Positions 1 through 12,665 of a stretch of 64,000 nucleotides of DNA are shown here, piece after piece. The notes below the pieces were generated by a model. It saw nothing but the letters and a program-made list of their open reading frames with translations, was not told where the DNA came from and searched no databases. The stretch comes from Squalus acanthias (lineage: Eukaryota), in contig CM059432.1 in NCBI GenBank assembly GCA_030390025.1, forward strand, positions 88,786,001 through 88,850,000, given 5' to 3'. The position numbers and the translations under genes are program-made. Within the stretch, counting starts at the first letter, position 1. Each line of letters begins with the position of its first letter.

Positions 1-960
1 TCACCCTGTGCAGATCCCGTTTCTACACTAGCCTCTAAAGTACGCACAGTGCCAGTTTCTGAGCTGAATCTGCGAGTAACAAATGCAGTGATGCTGTGTC
101 TTCTTCTTCTTCTTCTTCCCCGTCGCTCTCATGCATTGCCTCGGGGAAAGGCTGCTCAGGTGCTTGTTGTTCATTTTCTGAAAGCAGAAAGGCACAAGAG
201 TCAGGTTATGGTGAGGGAAGAGCGTGGCATCCAGATATCCATGCATACAGCATCAGCAGCTTGTAAGTGAGAAGAAATTATGGGATGAGGGGGAAGTGGG
301 ATGTGAGAAGAAGGATTAGGAATGAGCATACCGTTGTTGTCCACAAGGGGTTCAACCTCGCCGGTTGCCACGGCCTCTACGATCTGCCGTCCAATTATCT
401 CCAGCATTCTCTCCTCCAGCTGGCTGAGGTCGTGGATGTCAGCTGCCCCCCCACCTGTCTGCCGCTGCTCTCTCCAGTTATATGTGACCTTGGCCTGCAA
501 GGGAAAGAGAAGTGTGTGAATGAGTGTGGAGCAATGTGTTTGAGTGATGTGCCTGCCATGGTTGAATAGCTGTCAGTGTGTGCAAGGTGTGAGATGTGCG
601 TGTGAATGTTGCATCAGTGGTATGGTTGTGAGGGTGAAGTGAAGCTCTGATTGTGAGGTCTGAGTGTTGATGGGTCGAGATTGTTGGTAGGTGAGTGCTG
701 GCAGTGTGGTGCATTGAGCAGTTTGTGGCAGGCATACTTCAGCTTCTGGTAATTGGTGTTGTAATGTATCCTTACCTTGACAGCTTCTTCAGGCATGCTA
801 TCTTTTTCCTCCAATCCGTTCCCAGGTCGTACAAGTACTGTACATGGCATTGATCCTAGCTATCACTTCTTGCCAAGCATGCTGCACCACTATCCTTTGA
901 GAAGGGTGTCCTGAAGTGTCACCTCATACAGCTGCATGTCCACCTGACGAGCCATCAGCT
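1..960 (-). pseudogene. Degraded Harbinger Myb/SANT-like gene fragments
   Basis: ORF 201..500 (AKVTYNWREQRQTGGG...LSQLEERMLEIIG) matches exon 2 of the other Harbinger Myb genes here. Bases 1-90 and 200-740 are homologous to 19945-20660. A decayed SANT exon (AWQEVIARINA) lies at ~775-960. Confidence 0.7.
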
Positions 961-1137
961 ACTGCGGCACTCTAGCATTTGCCCACAGATTCTGTTTGCT
1001 GCACAACATTTATTTTGCCATCTACTCATACTTGCGAGCTGCTTTTATCCCCATGCAATTTTGGAAAGACTAAAAGATACTGGGGGAGAAATTTGTGTTC
1101 GCCAGCAAAGTGTCACTGGAAACTGGAGTCAACAGCC

Positions 1138-2011
1138 TGTAAGATTCTAAAAATTGTAATAAAACCGCTGCTACCGTGTGGAGATCGAAATTGCGAACGA
1201 ATTGTGAGATGATAACGGACGGATTCAAAATGGTGGAAATCAGCACGTGTTCTTTGTTTGTGAAGACACAAAATGGTGGAAGTCAGCAGAGGGTCCTTTG
1301 CCTGGTGGTCAGTATGTGTTCTTTGTTTGTGAAGACACAAAATGGTGGAAGTCAGCAGAGGGTCCTTTGCCTGGTGGTCAGTATGTGTTCTTTGTTTGTG
1401 AGGCCACATGGACAAGAAGGAAGAACAAGATTGACAAGGAAGTCCCACCCCCACACATCTCACAGGAACAGGAACGTGTCATGCGGAAGGAACTCTAATC
1501 AGGGAAGGTTTGGAGTGAAACTGACCTATCAGAGGAAGGCAGAGTGTAAGATAACAGAAGTAACCCAGGGGCAGGAGATTCAAGATTCAGAAGGAACACC
1601 GAAGGAACCAAGAGGGATTCAGAAGAAGCCCAGAAGACAGAACAGGAGGAAGAATAAACTGAGAAAGCTGACCAGTCTATGTTTTGACTTGCAATTTCCC
1701 TGGACTGATCACCTAGAGATAAAGGAGTATGTATGAAAGTCGGACATAAGCTTAGATGTTGTTAAAGGAGTACTTTTATGTACATTTGAATTGTTAAGGG
1801 GGTACTTTTATGTACGTTTGAATTAATAAGTTGCAGGCATATTCATTGCCGAGAGTTCTTTGAATTTATTGCCAAAGGGGCTTCTATGCACACTCGAATT
1901 TTGAACTATAGTGTGAATAAAGACCAATTTTATTGATCACATCCTTGTCTGTCATTGTTAAGCTAATTCGTAATTCTCAAGGTCTCAACAGTAGTAAGAG
2001 AAAGACTTACA
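1138..2011 (+). mobile_element. Solo LTR (Gypsy/ERV-type)
   Basis: Termini are TGTAAG...CTTACA (6-bp inverted repeat). Flanks agcc / gcc form an imperfect TSD. AATAAA at ~1916. Internal 69-bp tandem duplication at ~1240-1400. Confidence 0.7.
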
Positions 2012-2246
2012 GCCGCTAAAAATGGACGCAGTGCTAATGGAGCAAAATTGATCTGAGGGGATGGAGATTGGTAGTGCAGCACTTACCTTCCTTGCAACGC
2101 TGTCCTGGTGGCATTGCTGGAGGCGTCCGAGGTGAAGTTTGTGTCCAGGTGCGGTGTTCGAGCTTCGCACAGCCTCTGGAATCGAGGCTGTGGAGCTCGC
2201 AAGGAATTGTGGGTAATGAAGAGGTCTGAGAATTAAAGGGGCCATG

Positions 2247-2661
2247 CACAGTTTTGGTCTCCTTACCTAATGAAAGATATACTTGCTTTAGAGGGGGTGT
2301 AACAAAGGTTCACTAGATTGATTCCTGGGCTGGGAGGGCTGTCCTATAAGGAGAGATTGAGTAGATTGGGCCTATATTCTCTGGAGTTTAAAAGAAAGTG
2401 ATCTCATTGAAACATATAAAATTCTTAGAGGGTAGATGCTGAGAGGCTGTTTCCCCTGGCTGGAGAGTCTAGAACTAGGGGTCATAGTCTCAGGATAAGG
2501 GGTTGGCCATTTAAGACTGAGATGAGGAGAAATTTCTTTACTCAGAGGGTTGTGAATCTTTGGAATTGATGTAATAGATCAGTCATGATCTTATTGAATG
2601 GTGGAGCAGGCTTGAGGGGCCATATGGCCTACTCCTGCTCATATTTCTTATGTACTTATGT
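2247..2661 (+). mobile_element. CR1 LINE 3' fragment
   Basis: Typical CR1 end (FTRLIPG...LGLYSLE...RNFFTQRVVNLWN) with the ttgaatgg..gagcaggc..ggcctactcctgct 3' UTR and a cttatgt tail. Confidence 0.85.
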
Positions 2662-2929
2662 ACACTGAAGCAATACAAATTAAAATCCAGTGAAACAATG
2701 TAGCTTTCAGCCCTTTCTGCCTTTTAAAAAATATTAAACATTAAAAAGTCTCAGATGTGAATATTCAGCTCTTAAAATTGAATTCCCTTCCTAAACTCAA
2801 AAAATGGGGAAAATGCCTTAGCACTAACACAAATGGCTCAGCAAGCCAGGGATGGGGCACCCAGGGTCTCACATGCAGCACTCCAGCTTTGTGCAGGGGG
2901 TCAACACTACAAGACAGGCCCACAAGGGC

Positions 2930-4547
2930 CAGGAGGCCCTCCAGAAAGAATGATGTAGGTCCACATCACTGAGGCCATCACTGCCAGCAGTGTCACCCCC
3001 ACCACCTGACTCCAGTGCCCAAAGAAGCTTCATGATCTCAGACCACAGGTCAAGTTCAGTGAATGCATCTTCAAATGCCGTCTCCGACCAACTGCACCAC
3101 TAGCCTCACACACTTCTCAATGCACGACCCCCACCCCCAATCACCTACCAACAATTCCTAGCCTCACCTCACCCCCTTGGAGGAGATGGTGCTGGCCATT
3201 CTTGGCAGGGGCATGGCTGAGCCCTTGGCCAGCGGCCAGGCAGAAAGGATACATGATGCTGGTATCCTCATACATTATCCTCCTTCTGTCATGCACTTCA
3301 TGCTTTCCCACCCTCCCATCACCACAACTCCACCCTTGTGTCTTCCTCATTTCACACACCCAAGAAATACAGCCTGCCCAGCCAATGGGTGACAAAAAGA
3401 GGGGGAGGAGAGAGGAGAAGAACAAGAAGAAGAAGATTGATTTGATACTCCCAGCCACCAGCTCCTCAAGGCCAACCATCAAGGATATTTGCAGTGTCCC
3501 CCGCTGAAAGTCAGCAGCCTTCCACCAGCCATGCTGCAGCCACTGGGGTAGCACTGCGTGACATCAGTAGGATAGGCAAAGGCACACACAAGACAGTCAC
3601 TAAGAGAATGCATAAGGGTGATGAGTTGATTTCTTGATGTCATTTTGGATGGATAGATGTATAAAGTTGGATTGGAAAGTTTGCTTTGTGGTGGCTTTTA
3701 TTTCAGCATTGTGGCCAAGAGGATGCTGTGATGGTCAGTAACAGAGGGAAGGTAAGGTGTGGGATTAATGTTGAAAGGGGAATTGGGGTTGTGGTCACTG
3801 GGACCGCAGACGGATGATTCGATCCCGGATATCCCGGCCAGAAAGGGGCTGTCTGGGTTGCATCCTTCCTTCTGCTTCCTCCTCTTCGGCTTCCTCCTCT
3901 CTGCTTCCTCCTCCTCGGCTTCTTCCTCTTCTGTTTCTTCCTCTTCTGTGTTTTTCTCTTCTCTCTGCGAGCGGATGCTGGAAATCTGAAATGACAGCAT
4001 AAAATGCTGGAAATACTCAGCTGGTCAGGCAGCATCTCTCCTGAGACGTGAACTCTGTATCTCTCTCCACGGATGTTGCCTGACCTGCTGAGTATTTGCA
4101 GCATTTTCTGTCTTCTCAGAGGCCTTCTTTTAACATCCGAGGCCTTGCAAGCATCCAGCAGCACTCCCTACACACTTAAAAAACTTTTAACATGTATTGC
4201 ACCAAGCCACTACTTCAATAAAATATTAAAAAAACAGTCCAAAAGCTTAAATGCAAACTTACCTGAAAGATGTGTGTGTCCCTTTAAGAGGTGCTGACAG
4301 CGCCTCTGTTAGTCTGCTTGCGCACTAGGTTTACATGGCGAGCTTAGGACCCAGCTCTAGGGTCGAAGTTTGCAATGGTGATGTTAAGTCGGCGTGCTGT
4401 CACAACTCCACCATTTTGTCCTCAGGGCGCTACCTCGGAACACCAGCGCTACCGGGACGTCCAAAATGGCAGATGTCACGGGACCCTCCACCAGCTTCAC
4501 TTAACTCCGCGCTAATGGGTGGCGCTAAGATAGGGAATTTCTCCGCC
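2930..4547. mobile_element. Internally deleted Harbinger element (Myb remnants on +, transposase C-terminus on -)
   Basis: The Myb C-terminal motif (QPSTSHAAATGVALR) is at ~3510-3560. An acidic transposase tail lies on - at 3800-3960, and a TIR-like end gaatttctccgcc at ~4547. Confidence 0.55.
3975..4112. repeat. Inverted pair of Penelope pLTR fragments
   Basis: 4001-4036 and 4072-4107 are reverse complements of the gatgctgcctgacctgctgagt..ccagcatttt motif also seen at 33190 and 58372. Confidence 0.75.
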
Positions 4548-5904
4548 TTAAACTTACCTTCTGGGCCTCTTCTGGCCCCTAATCCGACTCCCAACAGGAG
4601 TGGCTGATGGGGAAGCAGTCACTGCCCCCCTGCTCAGGCCATCAACTAAAATTGCAGATCAGGTCCTGATGACATCATCAAACCTATTCTGCATATTTAA
4701 AGTAGGATCCTGTTTCCTTCCTGCGGATGTCCCGCTCGCCTGCTCAAAAGAGAAGGTTAAGATCAGGCCACGGCGGGAAGGCAGTGGGATTAGAGGGGGT
4801 AAGTGACTGTCCTTATTTTAAATGTCCCCGCCCAGTTTCCACCAGGCGGGAGCAGTTAAAATCGGGGCCATGACTGCAAAATGAAAATGGAAAAGAGTTG
4901 GCGTTAAAATCATATTGAATGTCTTGTAAAGCCAGACCTGTTAAAACAGACAGGAATTTGGGATTATTGCTAAATGACAATGAAACAGCTACAGAAAGGG
5001 TGCATATAACAGCAGAAAGGGAGATAATATAAGCAATGTAGGTAGAACTTTGTAAGAAATACAACAAAGTAACAATTGACAACCGATCTCAGAGTAACTC
5101 ATGGTAAACAAATGAGCAACAAGCTGGTTAGTCAAGTAAGGAAGGTTGCAGGGAATCACAATGCACCAATTATGGAAAATTTCAACAGACCCGGGACAAC
5201 TGAAAGGTAAAAATTAAAATACAACCAATGTCACAGCTCGGTGAACACTTCAGCTTTAAAACATTCTATTTTTGCTTGAGGACGTCCTAATTGTGTTCAT
5301 GTGTCGGTGTAATAGTGTAGAGAAGTAGGGGAAGATACTAACTGTCATATTATGTTCTGTGAATGAAATCAAACAAAATGTTAGACCATTTAATGCCATT
5401 AAATTAAATATTGCTTCAACATTGAAAACTTTTTTTTGTTTAAAAAGTTGCATGAAATAAATGTGCTATTGCCGAGCAAGCAATGCATTATGGAAGTAAA
5501 CACACCAGCGAAGAGTGTCCTCTTTGGCGCAATCGGCGAGCTGAGCGCAAATTGCACTCAAAATTGCGTTAGGTTTGTAATGTTTTTTTTGCTCAAGTTT
5601 CCGCTCAAACTCATTTGCATATAGCCGAACATAAAGGCCGCGAATTTAATGAAGGAGGCGGGTGGGAGTCGGGTTGCCTGGTGGGCGGGTTCCGGTCCCG
5701 CTGCCAGTTTCAGCCGCTCCCGATTTGCAATTTTAAATTAAGTGGCCTCATTAGGTCCGCCGTGCGCGCTGTCTGGCCCAATGAGTGGGAGCGGGTCTGC
5801 TGCTTGCCTCTGATGACGTCATTGCTTCATTTGTTTTTAAGGGGCCCATGTAGCCTCAGCTTGTCATTTCGTTTGTGCTGCTGTGCGAATCGGCCCAGGT
5901 GATC

Positions 5905-8716
5905 ATGACTGCTGCCAAAGCAAAGGCTGCTCCACGCATCGATGAGGACTCCCTCCAAGCTCTTGTGGAGGGAGTAAGAGGGCGCAAGGAGATTCTGTTC
6001 CCTCCCGATGGCCGGAGGAAGCCTCCTCAGCAAACAAAGGCAGCCTGGCTGCGAATTGCTGAGGAGGTAAGCGCTAGGTCCTTGTGCTCACGCACCTGGG
6101 TCCAGTGCTGAAAACGGTTCAATGATCTTCTGCGCTCATCAAAAGTGAGTATCACATCACACTTACATCTGCTTCCCTTCTCTTCTCATCACCAGCACTT
6201 TGCTTTGTCAGCCTGCTCCTCCACATCCCACCTTAACCTTACTTCACTTGCACCCTCACCTATCCATCTCTCTCTGTACTGAATCACTTCACCATCACAC
6301 TCGCTCTCATTGTTATGCAATGACAACGAACAACGCACAGGAAGGCAGCTTCCTCTTGGCACCTCACTCCATCTTGGTCTCCCTCTAAGCTTCTATATTA
6401 TGGATTCTTCACAGTCACTCCATCAATCTCGCTGAAACTCCACTTGTGTCCCTCCTTGCAGGAAAAGATAGCCCATAATAAGAGGGAGAGAGCGATGACA
6501 GGAGGAGGGACACCATCCCTCACAACATTGACAAGTGCTGAGGAGGCTGCTCACGACATCGTGGGAGGTGGTGAGGAGCTGGAGGTGGGGGATGGAGAGA
6601 CGGGCACACTAGAGGAAGCTGGTGACAGAATAGATTTTCAACCCTCTTATTTAGATTTCATGATTGACTGCAATGGCATATGATGTTCATACAGATTGAC
6701 TTTTGATTATCTGCACAAGAAGATGTGTCTGCTACCTAAAAATCAGATGTCTAAGTCATGCCTTTACTCTCCCACAGGGCCATCGAGAGCCCCCTTCCCC
6801 ACTGTCCAGGAAGAAGAGCCAGATGACTGCTCAGAGGAACCTGCAGCCTCTGAGGGAGCAGCGTCACCAGGACTCAGCGCACCCAGCACCAGCGCAGAAA
6901 CGCACACCTCGGCGGGTTGTAAGGGTTTTTCTCCGATACTGGTCCCCCGTTACGCACAGTTCTTGGACGTCAGGATTTATAAGAACAAAATACACATGGC
7001 ACAGGGTTTTGGCTCAACCTTTGATTTGTTTGTTTATTGAACACACACACACAATTACTTCCTCAGTATAAAACCCTACGATTTATATCAGGCTAACAAC
7101 CCCAAAATACAAACCCCTACGCAAGGGTCATTTGCATTGACACAATATGACAGTTAAACCCGTCCGTGATTTGACTGTTACATATAAAGTTACCCAGACT
7201 CAATCACAAAGCCCTTATTGTGATCTGACTGAAACTCTCAAACTTACTCAGACTCAATCATAAAAGCCCCCTCTATGATTTGGCTGAAACATACAATCAC
7301 CACTCCCGATCGGCTGTCTCTTGAAGTTGATTGTAGGCCCGAATCTTTCTGTTCGCTGTTCTGCCGTTGGCTTCCCACACCACTGTCTTCGAAGTGATCT
7401 TACTTTAAGCCAAAACCAACTTGCAGTATTTCCTGGCCCCCTTCTGAGCATACGATTCATTTCAAAATGTGTGAATTGTCTCCAGCAGAGAACTCTCGAT
7501 GGCTAATGACCCTCGTGTTGCTCATTGATTAGAGATTCCTTTCTGACAATGCAACCTTCCGAAAGTGACTGCATATGCGAAGTTGTTGGTTTCTGTTAGC
7601 ATTCGTAGTCAAAAGGTTCAAGGCCCGGCCCATTGTCTAGGCCTGCACTGAAACTAAGTGGACAATGTAACCCCTTAAGGTACATGAATATGTGGATGTT
7701 CTTGTTCAGACTTTAGATTCGTAGTTTTCGACTGCAATGTTTGAATTAACCCTTTATTGCCGAGCCCTTTTTGTGGGCTCTGCAGTTCTGGGTTTTTATA
7801 TTTCATAGTCCAATATTTTTACCGTTGGGGGTGGGGGGAGGAATCGATCCTGCAGGGTCCTTCGCGACATAGAGTAGTGTTGTCACCTGGTGTATAACAG
7901 CTCACAAGTGAGCATCAGCAGATGGTGGAGACAGTGACAGCAGTGGAGAGTCCTTGTTGGAGGTCGCAGGACGCTCCTAGCTCTGCTCAGCTGCATGTAG
8001 ACGCTGTGCCTCTGGGGCCATCGAGAAAGAGAGTGGTGCTGGAACTCCAGGAACAAGTGCAGGAGTCTCTGACAGGGTTTGCATTCACGGTAACTGCGAG
8101 TGTGCAGAGAATGGAGGAGTCCATCTCAAACATGAGCATTGCCTTGGTGGAGGCAATGGCGCATGAACGTGCTGCCATGGAGAAGGTGGCAACCTCCATA
8201 GAGGAGATAACTCACCAGACTCAACAGAGCATGGTCTGCAATGGAGGATAGATGGGCATCTATTGAGGAGAGACACCAGAAGTACACGGACGTCCCCACT
8301 ATGAGGACTGTCAGTACAGAGAAGGGTCCTCATGGCCCCACTGATGTGCAGCAAAGTGCTCTCCAACCACTTGCTAGCACTGAAGTGCGGGTGACCCATG
8401 AAAGGGATGTTGGTGGCCGACAACAAGGAAGTGTGGGCTCCTCTCCAAGAGCTCTCACAAATCCATGCCACTGCGGAGCCCTCGGTCAGAGCCCCAGATT
8501 CCGCACCCAAATGAGATGGTCGTCTCAGCCCCTGCACAGCCGCAGGAAGAGCAGACTGTGGAGGAGCCCTTCCAGGCTGCCAAACCCAGAGGATGCCCAC
8601 CAAAGGTGTCGAAGCAGGCACAGCATAAAAGTGAGCAAGGTGCCTCTACATCTGCTGAAGCCACAGGGAAAGCACCACGTAGAAGCACGCGTAATAGAAA
8701 GTTAACACACAAATAG
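5905..8716 (+). pseudogene. Harbinger Myb/SANT-like DNA-binding protein gene, 3 exons, disrupted
   Basis: Exon 1 is 5905-6144 (APRIDEDSLQALVEGV...AAWLRIAEEV...RTWVQC*KRFNDL, in-frame TGA at 6109). Exon 2 is 6462-6621. Exon 3 starts at 6778 and is interrupted by an LTR. Junctions are GT/AG. Confidence 0.85.
6918..7854 (-). mobile_element. Solo LTR inserted in Myb exon 3
   Basis: Termini are TGTAAGG...CTGCA with exact TSD GGGT (6914-6917 / 7855-7858). AATAAA on - at ~7034. Confidence 0.85.
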
Positions 8717-8771
8717 TCACAAGGGTAGTCTCTTGTATGTTTTCTTGTGTTAGAAAGTATCAATTGTCATT

Positions 8772-9515
8772 GGCCCAGAAATTGATCCCGCGACGCGAGA
8801 GTACGCACTGTGTACTCTCGCGTATTCCCACTCCAATTGCCGGTTTTCTGCATGCCCTGCGCATGCGCTGAAAACCGGCAATTGCTCTTTTGAAAAGGGG
8901 GCGGTTCCTCGGTGCATCGCGTGCGCGCTACAGGCTGCGCGCACGCTGTGCACTTCATGCTTTGGACGCGCAGGTAAGTACGGAAGATTTTAGAAATGGA
9001 AAAAGGAGGAGTAAGACCCACTTTTAAGAAGGTAAGTAGTGAATTAAGTATTTTTTTGAATTTTTTTTAACAGGTATATCTTTTTTAGAGACTTTAAAGA
9101 CAGGTAAGTTTATTTTTATAACTTTTTAAAAGATTTTAAATTTTTTCAAAAATTAAATTTTTTATTTAAAATGGTTAATTTAATTAACTATACTTATTTT
9201 ATTAATGTGATGGTTTTTTTTTAAATTTAATTGAGGTTTAGCTGTTATTTTGGGGGGCGTGTAAGATTCATAGATTTCACAGCACGTATGTGAAACTTAT
9301 GAATGGAAGATGGTGTGCTGCCATTGGCTCTAACTGAGTCACGTGATCCCACAGCTCGCACGAATTCACTACGCCGGTGGGATACGCAAGCACTGCCCAG
9401 CTGATGTCTGGAACATCAAGTTCGTGCGAGCTGGATCTGAAAAAGCACAAGCGGAGTGAGAGATCGCGGGGAAGCCTTACCCCCGCGGGAACAGAGCGAG
9501 ATCAATTTCTGGGCC
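8772..9515. mobile_element. Harbinger MITE
   Basis: Perfect TIR ggcccagaaattgatc / gatcaatttctgggcc with TSD ATT. GC-rich arms around an AT-rich core. Confidence 0.9.
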
Positions 9516-9749
9516 ATTATGATTGTGATGTGATTAAACAAAAGTGATGGCAAACATTTGAAGATTTGACCTATGTGTTCTGAGAAATGGAAGTTGCACA
9601 GTGAGGGCTCAGGGCGACTCGCACTTGTAATGATGGTGGTGAGAGTGATAGGAAAGCACCGTTTATTGGAGAGATGATGTATGGCATGTTAAGAAGGTCA
9701 TCCAGACATTCATAGTCATCTGCCAGCCACCTGTGGTTGAAGCGTAAGC

Positions 9750-10951
9750 TTACACGAATCTGGCATGGATGACTGCATTCCTTGCCTGATGGCCAACAAT
9801 GTGGTCACGTGCTGCTGGATTGGCCACATCCAGCCCCGCAAGGTGTGCCTCCTCCTCCTCCTCTTTTTCTGAGGAGGCTCTGCACTGAGCCACTTGTTCC
9901 TCAGGCAGCGCTAAGCCCCGCTGTTGTGCGATGTTGTGCAGGGCACAGCAGACGACAATGATACTGGACACCCTGGCAGGGCTCCACCAGATTTGTCGAC
10001 GCATCGGAATCGTATTTTGAACAAGCCGATGGTTTGCTCTATGTTGCTTCTGGTGGAAATGTGGCTCACATTGTATCACTCCTCAGCTTCGTTTGATGGC
10101 CTCCTCTTTGGTGTCATGAGCCACTTTTTCAAGGGATAGTCCTTGTTGCCAAGTAGCCATCCAGAAGGTTGTGTTGGCAGATTGAAGAGCCGAGGCACAG
10201 TAGACTGCCACAGGATGAAGGAGTCATGGCAACTGCCAGGGTACATTGCGCAAATATGCATGATGATCTTCCTGTGGTTACACACCAGCTGGACATTAAG
10301 GGAGTGGAATCCCTTGTGGTTGACAAATATAGCTGATTTGTGATGGGGTGTCCTAATAGCCACATGTGTGCAGTCTACGACGCCCTGCACCCTTGGGAAG
10401 CCTGCCATGTTTGCAAAGCCAACCGCACGCACGATTACACTTGCTTCATCTGTGGAGAAGTGGGTGTAATTGTGCGACTTTGTAAAGAGGGCATCGGTAA
10501 CCTGCATGATGCAAGTGTGTGCGGCCGACTGGGAGATGCCGCTGATGTCTGATGCTGATCCCTGGAAGGACCCTGAAGCAAAAAAGTTGAATGCGGTGGT
10601 GACTTTGACAGCCACTGGTAAGGAGTGTCAACCCGCTCCTCTGGGCTCCAGGTGTTGGTGCAGCATTGTGCAGATGTCTGCGACTACCTCTCGCGAAAGT
10701 CTCAGCCTCCTTTGGCACTGCTGCTCGCTCATGTTGAGGAAGCTCATCCTCCGCCTGTAAACCCTGTGTTGGGGGTATCTCCTGCGGCGAGATGCAGCCC
10801 TGCAGTGACGCCCTCTGTCTTGTGCATCATCAGGCAGCTGAGAAGGTTGGCGCTCCTGGTGGTGCTGCTGCTGTGCCTGGTTCTGCTGCTGCCGCGGCTG
10901 CTCTTCCTCCGAATCTGACGACCAGGATGAAAGGATATAAATGGTTCCCAT
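9750..10951 (-). pseudogene. Harbinger (HARBI1-like) DDE transposase, frameshifted
   Basis: Three ORF pieces carry [48 protein letters not shown] (DKGY motif mutated) and CCALHN. Confidence 0.9.
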
Positions 10952-11491
10952 ACCGCGGGTATATATCTCAGTCGAGGAATAGAGGTTGTTTGCGCTCAGC
11001 CAAAGTGGCCAGAGGGTTTTCCAAGGAGTTCACACTGCAGATGGATTTCAGCTTGAACACTCACAAGAGTAGTAGAGCTGCAAAATGTGTCCCAAAACGT
11101 CAAACCATTAAGTTGTGACATCTGAAACTCAGAGGTGTTGCAGGAGCGCTTTTAAGCTGTTCGAGCAGCTGCCAACAATTCAGGTCCTTGGTAAACCCGG
11201 CACAATGCAGCTGGTGTGTTTGTCTGGCGACGGGCAACACGCAGAAAAAGCTGCAAAATCGCAACAGCCAGTTAAAATAAAATTATCAAGGCAGTTAACA
11301 AGCTGTTAACTGCCTTAAGTGCCTCTCCCGCCGTTCGGTGTCAGGTCAGATCGGGACTCGCTGACCCGACACTTGCCAAAGTAACGTGGAGGCGGGATGG
11401 TGGCGGGTTTGCAACCCGCCGTCAATCTTTCAGATTTTCGCAACCGACCCGCCTCCAAACCCGCCCTCTGAGCTCTATTAAATTCACGGCC

Positions 11492-12118
11492 AAAATCTTC
11501 CATGAACCAGCGCAGTCGAGCCGCATTTTGGAACGTAATCTAAAAAAAAATTCCATTAAAAAATATTCCTTGATATATTTAAGAGTGGTAACCTGGGGCA
11601 GTTTTATTAGTACAACTGAAAATGGGTTTATCTCAAAAAGTAAGCATTTTTAATCAGAGTGCCTAACCCACCACCTTTGAGTAACCTGATTTTAAATAAC
11701 TGAAAATGGCTTTAAAAAACTATGCAGAACCATTTACTAGTTACATTAGTGTACAGTAGTAAGTTTCTTAGTAAATTAAAAAATATATATGTTTAAAAGC
11801 TTTCAAAACGTGTCTATTTGTGTCCTTGCGCCTAAAAAAAAAGCTTCATTTTAAGAGCCTCCTCGAAGGCCCGCAAATGGGCGCAATTAGCGGAAATTCG
11901 CAAAGGTGAATAATTCGATCGGGGGTGTGGCTAGTTTTGTGAATGAGACCTGCTTCCAGTGCGATGTTTTTTAAACCAGCGCAAAAGATCATGGAAACTC
12001 GATTTGCGCTGGATGCATTTTGCGCTTGAAATTCCGTAACCTTTTGCGCTGGTTTGGCCGATTTTGGGCCAATTGCGCTGGAAAAAAAACCAACGCAACT
12101 GAGTGGAAACTCCAGGCC
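11492..12118. mobile_element. Right part of a Harbinger-type MITE interrupted by the 5636-11491 element (left part ~5500-5635)
   Basis: Ends in ggaaactccaggcc followed by att. gcgc-rich subterminal motifs match those at 5500-5635. Confidence 0.5.
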
Positions 12119-12380
12119 ATTTTGCTTGCATACAACATGCAGAACTCCCATGATACAGCATTTTTTGATCTCAAAGATCTATAATCTTGTCAGTCAATCT
12201 TTCCTGCTGTTTTCCCAGAGCCTATTCAACACCAAAATTTGTATTGTAGATGGTTCTACATAGTGGAGACCCCCCCCCCAAAGGTTCGTAAAAAATATGA
12301 AATGTTTTCTCTTTAAAACATAGCCTCTGTTGTCATGTAGATTGGACATTTTAAAGCTTTTCTGTGTTGGAATCCATGTA

Positions 12381-12665
12381 AACCGAGGCCCCATCTGCTC
12401 TCTCAGGTGGACATAAAAGATCCCATGGCACTATTTCGAAGAAGAGCAGGGGAGTTAACCCTGGTGTCCTGGCCAATATTTATCCCTCAACATAACAAAA
12501 ACAAACAGATTATCTGGTGATTATCGCATTGCTGTTTGTGGGACCTTGCTGTGCACAAATTGGCTGCCGTGTTTCCCACATTACAACGGTGACTCCACTT
12601 CAAAAGTTCTTCATTGGCTGTAAAGCGCTTTGAGACATCCGGTGGTCGTGAAAGGCGCTATATAA
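12381..12665 (+). mobile_element. DeuSINE-type SINE with L2-derived tail
   Basis: Deu-domain-like ctctcaggtggacataaaagatcccatggcactatttcgaagaagagcagggg. The tail gtgaaaggcgctatata resumes at ~13670 (gcaagtctttctttc) after a CR1 insertion. Confidence 0.75.

Larger units (their letters stand above)
5636..11491. mobile_element. Full-length-type PIF/Harbinger transposon (defective) with nested solo LTR and MITE
   Basis: TIRs ggccgcgaatttaat / attaaattcacggcc (14/15) with AAA on both flanks. Carries convergent Myb and transposase genes. Confidence 0.9.

Noticed and set aside
1176..1736. 186-aa ORF with an internal repeat
   Set aside because: It lies inside a solo LTR, the repeat is a 69-bp tandem duplication, and there is no recognisable domain.
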